DNA from: an uncultured SAR86 cluster bacterium
Lineage (GTDB): Bacteria > Pseudomonadota > Gammaproteobacteria > Magnimaribacterales > AG-339-G14
Direction of reading: 5' to 3'
Assembly: GCA_902525735.1 (NCBI GenBank)
Contig: CABZIF010000001.1
Span: 178,036-242,035 of the forward strand
DNA: 64,000 nt
This document shows positions 31,602 through 41,733 of this stretch, piece after piece. The position numbers and the translations under genes are program-made. Position 1 is the first letter of the stretch, and each line of letters begins with the position of its first letter. The notes under the pieces were generated by a model that saw nothing but the letters and a program-made list of their open reading frames with translations, was not told where the DNA came from and did not search any database.

Positions 31602-32663
31602 ATGAAAAAAACCCTTATTTTCTTGCTACTGATAATTTTATTATTTGCTATTGCCGGCTATTTTTCTTTGAGCAATCAATATGTTCAAAATTTTCTCCTC
31701 AAATCATTATTTGAATCCCGAATGCAAGCACTTTTCGCAGATAGTGAATCTGTAAATTCTGATGAATTAGAAATTTTTTTCTGTGGTTCAGGTTCGCCAT
31801 TGTCTATGATGCCCGAAGGAGCTCAATGTATGGCATTTGTTATAGGTTCCGATATTTATGTAATAGACAATGGAGAAAATAGTTTTGCTAAAATTTCAAA
31901 TAACTATCCTCCACAAAATATCAAAGCGGTTTTTATCACCCATGCCCATTCAGATCATATTGGAGATTTAGATGAATTAAACTTAAGAAGATGGATTAGT
32001 GGAGCTGAAACACCTTTAGAAGTTTATGGCAGTTCTGAAATTATTAATGTTGCAGAAGGAATAAATTTAGCTTATCAAAATGATGAAAACTATCGGGTTG
32101 ATCACCACGGAGTTGAATTTGTTCCGCCGGAAAACAGACCAATGATTCCTATAGTGCACAAACCTACAAACTCTCCTCAATTAATTTTTGAAGATGAAAA
32201 TTTAAAAGTTGAATCCTTTCTTGTTGATCATCATCCAGTCAAAGAAGCACTGGGATTTAGGCTTTTCTTTGGCAATAAGCAAATCATAATTTCTGGCGAT
32301 ACTGAGATAACAGATAATGTATTTTCCTTGGTAAATGGAGCAGATATTTTGATTCACGACGGAATGATTAAAGATCATGTAAGACTTCTTGAAAAAGTGG
32401 CTAAGGAAAATAATGTTTATAGAGCGGAAGTAGCGTTTCACGACATTTTAGATTATCACGCTGATGTCATTGATATAAAGAGTAACTTAGAAAATAAAGA
32501 CTTGGGATTGTTGATAATTAATCACTTGGTTCCTGCCAAGAATCCAATTGGAATAAGATATATGGAAGACTTATTTTCTGATGTTTCTTATGATTTTCTG
32601 TTGGCTAGAGACAATGATAAAATCATTGTCTCCAAGAATTCAGATGAAATAATTATTAACTAA
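31602..32663 (+). CDS. MBL-fold metallohydrolase (RNase Z/AtsA-like) with N-terminal membrane anchor
   Basis: CGSGSP, THAHSDH, SGDT, NHLVP. Confidence 0.85.
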   Translation: MKKTLIFLLLIILLFAIAGYFSLSNQYVQNFLLKSLFESRMQALFADSESVNSDELEIFFCGSGSPLSMMPEGAQCMAFVIGSDIYVIDNGENSFAKISNNYPPQNIKAVFITHAHSDHIGDLDELNLRRWISGAETPLEVYGSSEIINVAEGINLAYQNDENYRVDHHGVEFVPPENRPMIPIVHKPTNSPQLIFEDENLKVESFLVDHHPVKEALGFRLFFGNKQIIISGDTEITDNVFSLVNGADILIHDGMIKDHVRLLEKVAKENNVYRAEVAFHDILDYHADVIDIKSNLENKDLGLLIINHLVPAKNPIGIRYMEDLFSDVSYDFLLARDNDKIIVSKNSDEIIIN

Positions 32664-34102
32664 TCTATTTCGTCAGGCTTGTATCCTAATACAGCTTTAA
32701 TTTCTAAAAATTCTTCAAATCCAAAAACTCCCCATTCTCTTCCATTTCCAGATTGTTTAAAACCTCCGAAAGGATCGTTTATACCTGTTGGCGCGTTATT
32801 TATATGAACGTTTCCACTTCTAATTCTTCTCGCAACACTTAAAGCATGTTCAGGATCTTCGGAAGATATATATCCTGATAATCCATAAGGAGTATCATTA
32901 GCAATTTTAATAGCATCTTCTTCATCTTTATAAGGAATCATGCACAAAACTGGACCGAATATCTCTTCTCTAGCAATTGTCATATCATTTGATACGTTTG
33001 CAAAAACCGTGGGTTTAACAAAATAACCTTGATTCAATCCTTCTGGTTTTCCTAAACCTCCAACAACAACTTCAGCACCTTCCTCAATGCCTTTTTCTAT
33101 TAAGCCTTGAATTTTATTAAATTGAACATCGCTCACTACAGGACCCATGACTGTTTCCTCTGAAGAAGGATCTCCAACTTTTAACTCATCAGCAACCTTT
33201 TTAGCAGCTTCTTTTGCTTCAGCTTGTCTACTTGCAGGAACCAACATTCTTGAAGGAGCGTTACATGATTGACCAGTATTGTTGAACATGTGCTTGGTAC
33301 CTCTGCTCACTGCATTAGCAAAATCTGCATCATCTAAAATTATGTTTGCAGATTTTCCTCCGAGCTCTTGATGAACTCTCTTTACTGAATCAGCGGAACC
33401 TTTAGCAACAGCTACTCCGGCTCTGGTAGATCCTGTAAAAGACATCATGTCAATGTCTGGATGAGCAGACATCGCTTCTCCCACAGTAGGCCCATCTCCA
33501 TTAATTAAATTAAATACTCCTTTTGGCAATCCTGCTTCATGTAAAACCTCAGCTAATAAGATCGCATTCAAAGGCGCTATCTCTGTTGGCTTTAATACCA
33601 TTGTGCAACCGGCTGCAATAGCAGGACCAACTTTGCATGAAATTTGGTTTATGGGCCAATTCCAAGGAGTTATCATTCCTACTACGCCAATAGGTTCTTT
33701 TCTGATGACCGTCTCGCCTCTAATTTCTTCAAAATTATAATTTTGTAAAGTTGCTAGAGCAGTTGCGAAATGACCTATGCCCGATGCCGCTTGTGCGTTT
33801 CTAGATAGAGTTATAGGAGAACCATTTTCTATAGAAATCATTTCTGCAATTTCTGCAGATCTAGTCATGTAGATCTCAACAATTTTTTGAAGAATTTCAA
33901 TTCTCTCTTCTCTAGTAGTTTGTCCAAATGTTTCGAAAGCATCTTTTGCAGCTTTAACTGCTGCGTCAACATCATCAGAGTCACCCATAGCAATGGTTCC
34001 AATAACATCCTCAGTTGCAGGATTTATAACATCCAACGTTTTTAATTTATTAACAGGATTTACCCATTCACCATTGATATAAAATTGTTCGTATTTATTC
34101 AT
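32660..34102 (-). CDS. Aldehyde dehydrogenase
   Basis: PWNWP, FTGST, ELGGKS, GQSC, EEIFGP. Confidence 0.95.
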   Translation of the reverse strand: MNKYEQFYINGEWVNPVNKLKTLDVINPATEDVIGTIAMGDSDDVDAAVKAAKDAFETFGQTTREERIEILQKIVEIYMTRSAEIAEMISIENGSPITLSRNAQAASGIGHFATALATLQNYNFEEIRGETVIRKEPIGVVGMITPWNWPINQISCKVGPAIAAGCTMVLKPTEIAPLNAILLAEVLHEAGLPKGVFNLINGDGPTVGEAMSAHPDIDMMSFTGSTRAGVAVAKGSADSVKRVHQELGGKSANIILDDADFANAVSRGTKHMFNNTGQSCNAPSRMLVPASRQAEAKEAAKKVADELKVGDPSSEETVMGPVVSDVQFNKIQGLIEKGIEEGAEVVVGGLGKPEGLNQGYFVKPTVFANVSNDMTIAREEIFGPVLCMIPYKDEEDAIKIANDTPYGLSGYISSEDPEHALSVARRIRSGNVHINNAPTGINDPFGGFKQSGNGREWGVFGFEEFLEIKAVLGYKPDEID

Positions 34103-34120
34103 ATTTCTCCTTAATAATTA

Positions 34121-35650
34121 TTATTTTATATGTAATCTTGCCTTCAATTGAGGCTGAACCTTCTCAATCCACCCACAAAGATACTTTCTAGTTTCGCTGG
34201 GGTCAATAATTTCATGCACGGAAAAGCTTTCTGCTTTTGAAAAAGGATTTTGTTTTTTTGCCATTTCTTCTTCAATTTCCTTTCTTTTTTCATCTGGATT
34301 ATCAGCATTTGCAATTTCTCTGGCAAATGCAACTGCAACCCCTCCTTCTAATGGTAGTGCTCCTGATTCAGAGGACGGCCAAGCTAGAACATAAGGATTA
34401 TTCCCAAAATGTGCAGCAGCAGCAACCCCAAAAGATTTCCTTACCAAAACAGTAGCCCATGGCACTGAAGTTTCATTTACGGCAAGAACCGCTTCGGTAC
34501 CGTACAAGATAGTTGCCTCTTTCTCTGCTTCCGGACCAATTAAAAAACCAGGTTCATCCACAAAAGTAATAATGGGTAAGTGAAATGTGTCGCAAAGTTT
34601 TACAAATCGAGATGTCTTCTTTGCATTATCCGCAGTCATTGAACCAGCGTAAAAATTACTATCATTAGCAAAAACTCCAAAGGAGAAACCATTCAACCTT
34701 GCAAAGCCGGTGATTATGCCTCGACCATAAAAATTAGTCATTTCAAAAAAACTATTCTTATCAAATACTAGATTTAATATATCTCTCATTTCATAACTTT
34801 TATTTCTTTCTTTTGGAATAATAGATGAAAGGGCAGATTCAGTTCGTTCCGGAGAGTCGCTAGATACTATAGAGGAAGGAATTTCGTAAACATTTTGAGG
34901 GAAGTAAGATAAAAAAGTTTTGATTTGCTCTAAAGCTTCTTCTTCAGTATTAGCAATATTATCTGTCACACCATTTTTTTTGTGAACATCTGAGCCTCCC
35001 AATTCGTCTTTAGTAAATTCTTTTCCGAATGCTCTTGAGACAACTTGCGGTCCTGCAACTAATATTTGAGAATTTTTTTTTGTCATTACTCTAAAATGAG
35101 AGCCTACAAATCTTGAAGCAGGAAGACCAGCAACTGGTCCAAGCGCAGCGCTAGCTACTGGCACTTCTTTCAAAGAGTCAGCAACGGATTTGAATCTAGA
35201 TCTTGTAAAGACCGGATCTGCACTAGAGCCTGATTTTGGTCCAGCTACTGAGCCACCACCACCTTCGTGAAGCCTGACTAAAGGCAATTTGTATTGAATA
35301 GCCAATTCTTCAGTGTAAACACTTTTTCTTAAACCAGCTGAATTTGGCGAGCCACCTTTAACTGTAAAATCTTCTCCGCCAACTATAATTTGTTTTCCAT
35401 TTATTTTTCCAAAACCTAAAATAAAATTTGCAGGAGTCATTGATTTGAAGTTTTCTTCTTCATCTTTTTCTACTCCTCCTGCTAATTCTCCTATTTCTTC
35501 GAAGGAGTCTTTATCTAGAAAAATATCGATTCTTTCTCTCAAAGTTAGTCTTCCTTTTTTATGGTGAAGTTCCACTGCTTCTTTACCTCCTTGAGCTTTT
35601 GAGGCTTTTTTTCTGATACCGATCTCTTTAATTTCTTTTTTCCAAGACAT
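34121..35650 (-). CDS. Acyl-CoA carboxylase, carboxyltransferase subunit
   Basis: EDFTVKGGS, ELGG and DEPGF motifs. Confidence 0.9.
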   Translation of the reverse strand: MSWKKEIKEIGIRKKASKAQGGKEAVELHHKKGRLTLRERIDIFLDKDSFEEIGELAGGVEKDEEENFKSMTPANFILGFGKINGKQIIVGGEDFTVKGGSPNSAGLRKSVYTEELAIQYKLPLVRLHEGGGGSVAGPKSGSSADPVFTRSRFKSVADSLKEVPVASAALGPVAGLPASRFVGSHFRVMTKKNSQILVAGPQVVSRAFGKEFTKDELGGSDVHKKNGVTDNIANTEEEALEQIKTFLSYFPQNVYEIPSSIVSSDSPERTESALSSIIPKERNKSYEMRDILNLVFDKNSFFEMTNFYGRGIITGFARLNGFSFGVFANDSNFYAGSMTADNAKKTSRFVKLCDTFHLPIITFVDEPGFLIGPEAEKEATILYGTEAVLAVNETSVPWATVLVRKSFGVAAAAHFGNNPYVLAWPSSESGALPLEGGVAVAFAREIANADNPDEKRKEIEEEMAKKQNPFSKAESFSVHEIIDPSETRKYLCGWIEKVQPQLKARLHIK

Positions 35651-35652
35651 AT

Positions 35653-36513
35653 TTATTCAAATTCTCTTTCATCCCACCATGGAAAAAAACTTGGCATATC
35701 TTTTGAAACTTTTCCAGGGAAAGTAGGGGGACGCTTTTCTAGAAATGAATTCACTCCTTCAATTGCTTCTCCTGATTGGCCCAGTTCAAAAACTGCTCTT
35801 GAATCAATCTTATGTGCTTCCATAGGATCGTCAGCACCGAGCATACGCCACATCATCTGTCTGGTAAGCGCTATAGAGATTTGTGAACTCTCAGCAGTAA
35901 ATTCTTTGGCTATTTCAAGGGCCCTTTCAATTAATTTATCTTGGTTTAATATCTCAGAAACCAATCTGATTTCTTTGGCTTCATCAGCAGAGATTACCTT
36001 TCCGGTATAACAAAGTTCTAAAGCTTTATCAATACCAATCAATCTTGGAAGAAACCAACTCGATGCTGCTTCAGGGACAATACCTCTTTTAGCAAAAACA
36101 AAGCCGAAGCGAGCTTGATCAGAGCAAATTCTGGTATCCATAGGAAGTAGCATAGTTGCTCCAATTCCAACAGCAGCACCATTGACAGCCGCAATTAGAG
36201 GTTTTTTACATTTAAAAAGTCTTAATGTGAGCAATCCACCAGAATCTCTAACAACATCGTTAGTTCTCTCTCTTCCTTTTCTATTATCGAAGGTATCTCC
36301 TCCAGAAGACAAATCTGCTCCTGCGCAATAAGCTTTTCCGTCGCCGGTAAATATAATTGCTTTTATGTCATCATTTTCTTCGGCATCATCTAAAACTTTT
36401 ACTATTTCTTGTTGCATAGTAAGAGTGAAAGCATTCATTCTTTCTTCTCTTGATAAGAAAATAATTAAAGAATTTTCTCTAACCTCTGTTCGGACTGTTT
36501 CTAAATTTTTCAT
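35653..36513 (-). CDS. Enoyl-CoA hydratase/crotonase family
   Basis: CAGADL, AVNGAAVGIG, GIVPE. Confidence 0.92.
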   Translation of the reverse strand: MKNLETVRTEVRENSLIIFLSREERMNAFTLTMQQEIVKVLDDAEENDDIKAIIFTGDGKAYCAGADLSSGGDTFDNRKGRERTNDVVRDSGGLLTLRLFKCKKPLIAAVNGAAVGIGATMLLPMDTRICSDQARFGFVFAKRGIVPEAASSWFLPRLIGIDKALELCYTGKVISADEAKEIRLVSEILNQDKLIERALEIAKEFTAESSQISIALTRQMMWRMLGADDPMEAHKIDSRAVFELGQSGEAIEGVNSFLEKRPPTFPGKVSKDMPSFFPWWDEREFE

Positions 36514-36556
36514 AAAAATGGTTGATAATTATAAATTAATTTGGTTTTATATACCT

Positions 36557-36607
36557 AGCGTTGATTTATCTGACTTGCAAACGCTTTACAAATTTTGCTA
36601 AACAAGA
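36557..36607 (+). ncRNA. SAM-II riboswitch aptamer
   Basis: AGCGTT-GATTT-ATCTGA-CTTGC-A-AACGCT-TTAC-AAAT-TTT-GCTAAA-CAAG follows the SAM-II consensus (P1, GAUUU, UUGC, AAAU, GCUAAA); lies directly upstream of a methionine-biosynthesis gene. Confidence 0.85.
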
Positions 36608-36615
36608 CTTTTAAG

Positions 36616-36646
36616 ACCTGTTTAGCGAAAGCAAGCAGGTTTTTTT
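36616..36646 (+). terminator. Intrinsic terminator in the metY leader (riboswitch expression platform)
   Basis: ACCTGTTT-A-GC-GAAA-GC-AAGCAGGT stem-loop followed by a T run. Confidence 0.78.
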
Positions 36647-36668
36647 ATTTTTAGTTACAGGAGAAAAA

Positions 36669-37973
36669 ATGGCTTACGAAGGAAAAAATTTAGAAACTAT
36701 CGCGCTTCATGCGGGATGGAGAAACGATGAAAATACAGGATCAGTAGCGGTTCCAATTCATCAAACTACAAGCTATCAATTTAATGATACTACTCACGCA
36801 GCGAGTCTTTTTGGTTTGCAGGAGTTTGGAAACATTTACACCAGAATAATGAATCCTACTTGTGATGTGCTTGAGCAAAGAATGGCTGCATTGGATGGTG
36901 GAGCAGCAGGGCTTGCAGTTGCTTCTGGGCAAACGGCATCCGCTTATTCGATTCAAAACTTAGCTAGAGCAGGGGATAACATTGTTTCTTCTTCTCACTT
37001 ATATGGTGGAACATATAATCAATTCAAAAATAATTTGAAAGAGATGGGTATCGAAGTGAGATTTGTAGATCCCACTGATCCAGAAAATTTTGAGAAGGCA
37101 ACCGACGATAAAACAAGAGCCTATTTTGCAGAAACATTGCCAAATCCAAAACTTCATGTCTTTCCTATCTCTGAAGTAGCAGAAATTGGAAGAAAACATG
37201 ATATTCCATTAATTGTCGATAATACTGCAGCGCCAGTCCTATGTAGGCCTTTTGATCATGGTGCCGCCATTACTACTTATTCAACTACTAAGTACATTGG
37301 CGGTCACGGAACTACTATTGGAGGTTTGATTGTGGATGGCGGTAATTTTGATTGGGGCAAAGCAGGCGCTGATAGGCAGCCAGCTATGAATACTCCAGAC
37401 CCTTGTTACGGTGGAGTAGTTTGGGATGAACAAGTGACAAAAAATATGGGACTCCCTTTTGCCTATTTGCTTAAATTGAGAACTACTTTGCTAAGAGATC
37501 TAGGTGGTGCTATGAGTCCTTTCAATGCTTGGATGTTCATTCAAGGACTAGAAACTTTACCATTGAGAATGAGAGAACATGCAAAAAATGCCCAAGCAGT
37601 TGCTGAAGCTCTCGCAGCCAATAAAAAAGTACAATCAGTAACTTATCCTGGACTATTCGAAGGAGCTGAAAAAGAAAAGGCTGACAAATATATGACTGGC
37701 GGTTACGGTGCTTTAATTGGTTTTGAATTACCTGGTGGAAAAGAAGCGGGTAGTAAGTTTATTGACTCTTTGGAGCTTCTGTATCACGTTGCTAATATTG
37801 GAGATTCAAGATCTTTGGCTATTCATCCTGCAACTACAACGCACAGTCAATTAGCTCCAGAAGAACAACTTTCTGCTGGTGTGACACCTGGCTATGTCAG
37901 ATTATCTATCGGAATTGAGAATGTCGAAGATATTATTGCTGATATTAATCAGGCAATAGATAAAGCTAGTTGA
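36669..37973 (+). CDS. metY: O-acetylhomoserine aminocarboxypropyltransferase/sulfhydrylase
   Basis: GNIYTRIMNPT, STTKYIGGHG, ANIGD, HPATTTHSQL; SD AGGAG. Confidence 0.93.
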   Translation: MAYEGKNLETIALHAGWRNDENTGSVAVPIHQTTSYQFNDTTHAASLFGLQEFGNIYTRIMNPTCDVLEQRMAALDGGAAGLAVASGQTASAYSIQNLARAGDNIVSSSHLYGGTYNQFKNNLKEMGIEVRFVDPTDPENFEKATDDKTRAYFAETLPNPKLHVFPISEVAEIGRKHDIPLIVDNTAAPVLCRPFDHGAAITTYSTTKYIGGHGTTIGGLIVDGGNFDWGKAGADRQPAMNTPDPCYGGVVWDEQVTKNMGLPFAYLLKLRTTLLRDLGGAMSPFNAWMFIQGLETLPLRMREHAKNAQAVAEALAANKKVQSVTYPGLFEGAEKEKADKYMTGGYGALIGFELPGGKEAGSKFIDSLELLYHVANIGDSRSLAIHPATTTHSQLAPEEQLSAGVTPGYVRLSIGIENVEDIIADINQAIDKAS

Positions 37974-37985
37974 AATCAAATAAAC

Positions 37986-38013
37986 AAAAAACCCAGCTAA
38001 GGCTGGGTTTTTT
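37986..38013 (+). terminator. Intrinsic terminator after metY (symmetric)
   Basis: AAAAAACCCAGC-TAAG-GCTGGGTTTTTT perfect hairpin. Confidence 0.9.
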
Positions 38014-38032
38014 ATAATTTGCAATTCCTAGA

Positions 38033-39034
38033 ATGTATCTAATTTCAAAATTATATGCTTTAGATAAAAGCATTAATAACAAAGAAAAGTATTCTTTATC
38101 AAAAAATGTTATCTGGGCCTCACCCAAAGGTTTTGATTTGGCTATGGACATATATTCACCTACTAAGGAAGGAGACTCTTTCCCTGTGTTGGTAATGTTT
38201 CATGGCGGTGGTTTTTTATTGAGGAGAAAATACATCATAGAAAACATGGCTCAATATATTGCTAGTAATTATGATTATGTCGTCTGTAATGTAGATTATC
38301 GATTATTGAGAGATCAAAAAAATACCGTTACCTTTGATGAGCTCATTGGAGATACATTCGGGGCCATGTTATGGATCAAGGAAAATATTGCCAATTATAA
38401 AGGGAACAGAAACTTAATAGCAGTGACTGGCGACAGTGCAGGAGCCTATATTTCAGCAATGATTGTTAATTCAGGAAATAAACTTGCGACAAGTGGAAGT
38501 TTTTCTGAACATTTATGTATAAAGCCATCTTACTTACCAGAATCAATAACTTTTGACGAAATTAAAAAAGAAAATCCTCTCAATATTCAAGCAGCTGTAC
38601 TTAGTTACGGCCGTTACGACTTGTACAATCCCGCTGTTGAAGGCATTCTTGAGACAAGAAAAAATCCTTTTTGGACTCTTGCTTTTTCTAAACCAAGAGG
38701 TATTTTCGGTAAAAATTTTAATGTAAAGAAGAATCCTGAAATGTATAAAGCGATTTCTCCTATTTATAATATCCCTAATGTAGATGAAAGAAAATTGCCA
38801 CCACAATTTATAACTTCAGCAAGTGAGGATAGAGTAACTCCGGTTCATGCTATCGAGGAATACGTTAAAGCTTTAGAAGATGCTGGCCAAGATGTCACCT
38901 ATTGGGAATACAAAGATCAAAGGCATGCTTATTTAGATTCTGGTAAAACTTTTATATCAGGAAATGATTTTAAAAGAGATGCTATTCCCGCTCTTAAAAA
39001 GATCATGAATTTTTTAAATTCTAATATTCTTTAG
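38033..39034 (+). CDS. Alpha/beta hydrolase, HSL-like esterase
   Basis: HGGGF and GDSAG motifs. Confidence 0.88.
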   Translation: MYLISKLYALDKSINNKEKYSLSKNVIWASPKGFDLAMDIYSPTKEGDSFPVLVMFHGGGFLLRRKYIIENMAQYIASNYDYVVCNVDYRLLRDQKNTVTFDELIGDTFGAMLWIKENIANYKGNRNLIAVTGDSAGAYISAMIVNSGNKLATSGSFSEHLCIKPSYLPESITFDEIKKENPLNIQAAVLSYGRYDLYNPAVEGILETRKNPFWTLAFSKPRGIFGKNFNVKKNPEMYKAISPIYNIPNVDERKLPPQFITSASEDRVTPVHAIEEYVKALEDAGQDVTYWEYKDQRHAYLDSGKTFISGNDFKRDAIPALKKIMNFLNSNIL

Positions 39035-39112
39035 AAACTGATAATGAAGTTTCAGTAAATTATGCTTAATTTTAGCCCTTTTATATATTAACAAGCTTAT
39101 GTCTAATTCTTT

Positions 39113-39188
39113 TGGTGCCCCAGCCAGGACTCGAACCTAGAGTTGCCACTTAGGAGGCGGCCGTTTTATCCAGTTAAACTACTAGGGC
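39113..39188 (-). tRNA. tRNA-Arg(CCT)
   Basis: Reverse complement GCCCTAGTAGTTTAACTGGATAAAAC-GGCCGC-CTCCTAA-GTGGC...GGTTCGAGTCC...GGGGCACCA, 76 nt. Confidence 0.95.
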
Positions 39189-39193
39189 AATAA

Positions 39194-39652
39194 TTAAAGA
39201 ACGGTTGGGTTGTCTTGACCTTCGTAAACCTCTTCAGGATCAAAAACTTTTTTCGTCTCAGTAAAAACTAGCTCATTTTTACCTTCTAATGATCTATAAA
39301 AGCATGATTTATAACCAACGTGACAACTGGCTGCCATTCCACCAAGTTCAACCCTAAAAATTAGACAATCTTGATCGTCGTCAATGAGTATTTTTTTTAT
39401 TGTTTGATTCAAGCCACTGGTTTCACCTTTTTTCCAGATTTTTTTTCTACTTCTACTCCAATAATGAGCTTGGTTGGTTTCGATTGATTTAAGCAAAGCT
39501 TCCTTGTTTGAGTAGCCATGCATAAGTATTTCACTAGTGCTGTCTTCTACTGTTATCACGGGAATTAAGCCTTTTTCATCAAATTTAGGCGCGAAAGAGG
39601 TTCCTTCTTCTACCTCTTCTATACTTATTCTCTTTCCAAAATCGTCACTCAT
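39194..39652 (-). CDS. hisI: Phosphoribosyl-AMP cyclohydrolase
   Basis: YWSRSRKKIWKKGETSG, DDDQD, CHVGYKSCFYR. Confidence 0.93.
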   Translation of the reverse strand: MSDDFGKRISIEEVEEGTSFAPKFDEKGLIPVITVEDSTSEILMHGYSNKEALLKSIETNQAHYWSRSRKKIWKKGETSGLNQTIKKILIDDDQDCLIFRVELGGMAASCHVGYKSCFYRSLEGKNELVFTETKKVFDPEEVYEGQDNPTVL

Positions 39653-39729
39653 TCTAAAGTCCTTAATTTTATAATTAGTTATAATATTAACTTAAAACGG
39701 TTAAATATTTAATTTAACCAACCTCAGTC

Positions 39730-40335
39730 ATGTTAAAAGTCGATAATTTATCATATGCCTATACGGATAAATATCTATTTGAAAATCTTAACCTTTACTT
39801 AGATATTAAAACCATTACAAAAGTTTCAGGCTCTAATGGGTCTGGAAAAACTACTTTTTTAAAAAATATCTCTGGAATTTTGCAAGATTACGAAGGAGAA
39901 ATTTTGTATTTAAATGAAAATATCAAAGATATTTCTTCGCCAAATATTTTCTACGCCGGACATAAGAACGGATTTAAAGATAATCTAACAGTAGGAGAAA
40001 ATTTAAAAAATGATTTGAGAAATCCAGAATTTGATTTGGATAAAATTAAAAACTATTTAAGTGATTTTGGTTGCGAGATCTCTTTCTCAACTCCTCTTGG
40101 TAATTACTCAGAAGGCCAAAAGAAAAAAATTTTATTGTGTTTGTTTGCTTCTGTTAATGCTGATTTGTATGTCTTAGACGAGCCTTTTTCAAATTTAGAT
40201 GATGAAGGAATAGATTGCTTGAATGAAATATTTCGGCAAAAAGCTTCTGAAGGGAGCTCAATAGTTTTTACTTCTCATGAGAATCAAGGAAAAAGTTCTC
40301 AAGAAATAAATATAGATGATTTTAAAAATGACTAG
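39730..40335 (+). CDS. ccmA: Heme ABC exporter ATP-binding protein
   Basis: GSNGSGKT, SEGQKKK, LDEPF; first gene of the ccm operon. Confidence 0.9.
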   Translation: MLKVDNLSYAYTDKYLFENLNLYLDIKTITKVSGSNGSGKTTFLKNISGILQDYEGEILYLNENIKDISSPNIFYAGHKNGFKDNLTVGENLKNDLRNPEFDLDKIKNYLSDFGCEISFSTPLGNYSEGQKKKILLCLFASVNADLYVLDEPFSNLDDEGIDCLNEIFRQKASEGSSIVFTSHENQGKSSQEINIDDFKND

Positions 40336-40990
40336 ATTGGCAAAAAGAATATTTTATAAAGAGCTTGTTTCTTACAAAAAGAGGTCAAGCACTTACTTGA
40401 GCCCAATAGTATTCTTTCTGATTACCATTGCGCTTTATCCTCTTGCATTGTCTAATGATCCAGCAGATCTAGCTTTTTTGGCTCCAGGCATAACTTGGAT
40501 TTGTGTTCTCTTATCAACTTTATTATCCATTCAAAATATATTTAATGAAGATTTTGAGGACGGTTCATTAGATATATTCTTTTCATTAAGAGTTTCAACT
40601 CTATCTTTGGTTATAGTAAAAATTTTGGTTAACTGGATTTTCAGTTCCTTGCCAATAATAATATTGTCATCAACAGTTGTATTTTTATTATTTCTACCCA
40701 GCGAGGCCTTAGTAATTTTGTTGACAAGTCTTTTGATAGGAACGCCCGTCATATCTCTTTTTGGAGCTTTGGCAGGAGCATTGTCTCTAGGAAAAAGTAG
40801 TATTTTAGGCCCTGCAATTGTTTTGCCATTAAGTCTGCCTATATTGATATTGGGAACTTCTGCGGTTAGTTCTTTTTTGAATGGAGAAAATCCGAGCTTT
40901 TACTTCTTAATGATGTTGGCAATATTTATTTTTTTGTTACCTTTGATCTGTTACGCATGTATTGGTGCTTTGAGATTGCATTATGAATAA
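40328..40990 (+). CDS. ccmB: Heme exporter membrane protein
   Basis: LAPGITW, EDFEDGSLD, LPLSLPILI. Confidence 0.92.
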   Translation: MTRLAKRIFYKELVSYKKRSSTYLSPIVFFLITIALYPLALSNDPADLAFLAPGITWICVLLSTLLSIQNIFNEDFEDGSLDIFFSLRVSTLSLVIVKILVNWIFSSLPIIILSSTVVFLLFLPSEALVILLTSLLIGTPVISLFGALAGALSLGKSSILGPAIVLPLSLPILILGTSAVSSFLNGENPSFYFLMMLAIFIFLLPLICYACIGALRLHYE

Positions 40991-41729
40991 GACTTTTAGT
41001 AATTTAAAAACTTTTTATCACAAACTGGGCTCTTCGCCTTGGTTTTACAAAATTTCTGGAATCACTATTCCCTATGTTGCTCTGTTCTCATTTTTATTTT
41101 TATCTATTGGTATTGTATGGGGAGTCTTTTTTTCTCCAACAGACTTTAAACAAGGAGATGTTTACAGAATTATCTATATGCATGTGCCTGCGGCCTCAGT
41201 ATCTCAAGCTATCTATTACACCATGACGGTTGCTGCCGTTGTATCAATGATTTGGCGAATGAAAATGGCTGGTATCTTTATTAAATCTATGGCTCCGATT
41301 GGAGCATCCTTTACCTTTTTAGCTTTAATAAGCGGTTCCATATGGGGACAACCAACTTGGGGAACTTGGTGGATCTGGGATGCGAGACTCACATCTACTC
41401 TAGTACTATTTATTTTCTATATTGCCATTATTAGTTTGTATTCGTCTTTTAGTGAAAAGAAATCTGCTGATCAGGCAGTTTCTATTCTTACTTTAGTAGG
41501 GGCAGTTAATTTACCGATTATTAAAAAGTCTGTTGACTGGTGGAATACTCTTCACCAACCAGCAAGTATTAAATTTACCGAAAGTTCTTCAATCTCTCCT
41601 GAGATGTTGTACCCACTCATAATTTCTATATTTGGTTTTTATTTAGTTGTTCTTCTATCAGGCTTGATGGCAATGAGAGCTGAGATTGCAAAACGAGAAA
41701 TTAATAAGGAATGGTTTAAAAATTATTAA
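40983..41729 (+). CDS. ccmC: Heme exporter protein CcmC
   Basis: HVPAA, WGQPTWGTWWIWDARLT, WWNTLHQ. Confidence 0.96.
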   Translation: MNKTFSNLKTFYHKLGSSPWFYKISGITIPYVALFSFLFLSIGIVWGVFFSPTDFKQGDVYRIIYMHVPAASVSQAIYYTMTVAAVVSMIWRMKMAGIFIKSMAPIGASFTFLALISGSIWGQPTWGTWWIWDARLTSTLVLFIFYIAIISLYSSFSEKKSADQAVSILTLVGAVNLPIIKKSVDWWNTLHQPASIKFTESSSISPEMLYPLIISIFGFYLVVLLSGLMAMRAEIAKREINKEWFKNY

Positions 41730-41733
41730 AAAG

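Noticed and set aside
39035-39112. att-like repeat or ncRNA beside tRNA-Arg
   Set aside because: No duplicate of the tRNA 3' end seen; only a weak GAAACT/AGTTTC hairpin.
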